Shown in pieces: positions 63,560 through 64,000 of a DNA stretch of 64,000 nt; positions within the stretch are counted from its first letter, which is position 1; every line of letters starts with the position of its first letter. The DNA comes from Podarcis cretensis (Eukaryota), in NCBI GenBank assembly GCA_951804945.1, contig OX638154.1, positions 52,514,001 to 52,578,000 of the forward strand, read 5' to 3'. The notes under the pieces are model-generated. The model was not told the origin of the DNA and made no database searches. It saw nothing but the letters and a program-made list of their open reading frames with translations. Position numbers and translations under genes: made by a program.

Positions 63560-64000
63560 CAGATTCATTTGTTGTCATCACAGTGGTACCCTCCTTACTG
63601 TGTTTTAATTCCAGTCTCTAATCTCAGCGCTTCTGTGATAAATTAATTGTAATGATAGAGGCCACAGTTACGAGGGTTGCTCCGCTTGCTTGTAATCTGA
63701 GCGACAGGTTTAGGGCCTGCTTTATTTAAGATGCAAGGGTAATTACATGGGAGTTCGCATATGCAGGCAGAGAGATATGATTCATTCTCCCGGCGACGGC
63801 CATGACACAGCTGTTTGTCGGATAAAATAGCGGAGCCGTGTTGTTACAAAATGTTCTCCTTATTATACCTCATTAAAAACAAGGCTGCGATAAGTCAGTC
63901 CTGGCAATGAATAAAACGTATTGCCCCCTGTAAAAGCTGATAGGAAAAATGGGGCTCACCCAAGCAGTATCGGGTCATTTATTTATTTTTGAGACCTCTC
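63560..64000. promoter_or_regulatory. Candidate highly conserved intronic enhancer (may extend past the window end)
   Basis: Unique sequence with many CpGs in an otherwise depleted intron; gataaattaattgtaatgata, taattac, cattaaaa and several GATAA sites. Confidence 0.55.

Overview
Eukaryotic (vertebrate) genomic DNA. The SINE/LINE content (Sauria SINE, Squam3-like, tRNA-Lys/CR1-tail SINE, BovB) points to a squamate, most likely a lacertid lizard. The window holds the 5' end of RNF220 on the + strand: a CpG-island promoter (~26.0-29.5 kb), a probable non-coding first exon ending at 26635, a 742-nt exon 2 (33411-34152) carrying the start codon and the first 208 codons, and the first ~30 kb of a very long intron 2 with several enhancer-like blocks. 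The upstream 25 kb is intergenic and packed with often nested transposons. It includes a complete-looking 1.8-kb L1-type non-autonomous retroelement with a 16-bp TSD and its own 177-aa ORF. Almost all other ORFs in the track are spurious or repeat-derived. Main leads: (1) the 1.8-kb retroelement; (2) exon 2 as a possible circRNF220 orthologue that would encode a 212-aa RING-less protein; (3) a stop-free in-frame 5' leader with a GTG in strong Kozak context; (4) a perfect 37-bp intronic inverted repeat; (5) a decayed Penelope-type hammerhead. Repeat family names and human comparisons come from recall, not from searches.
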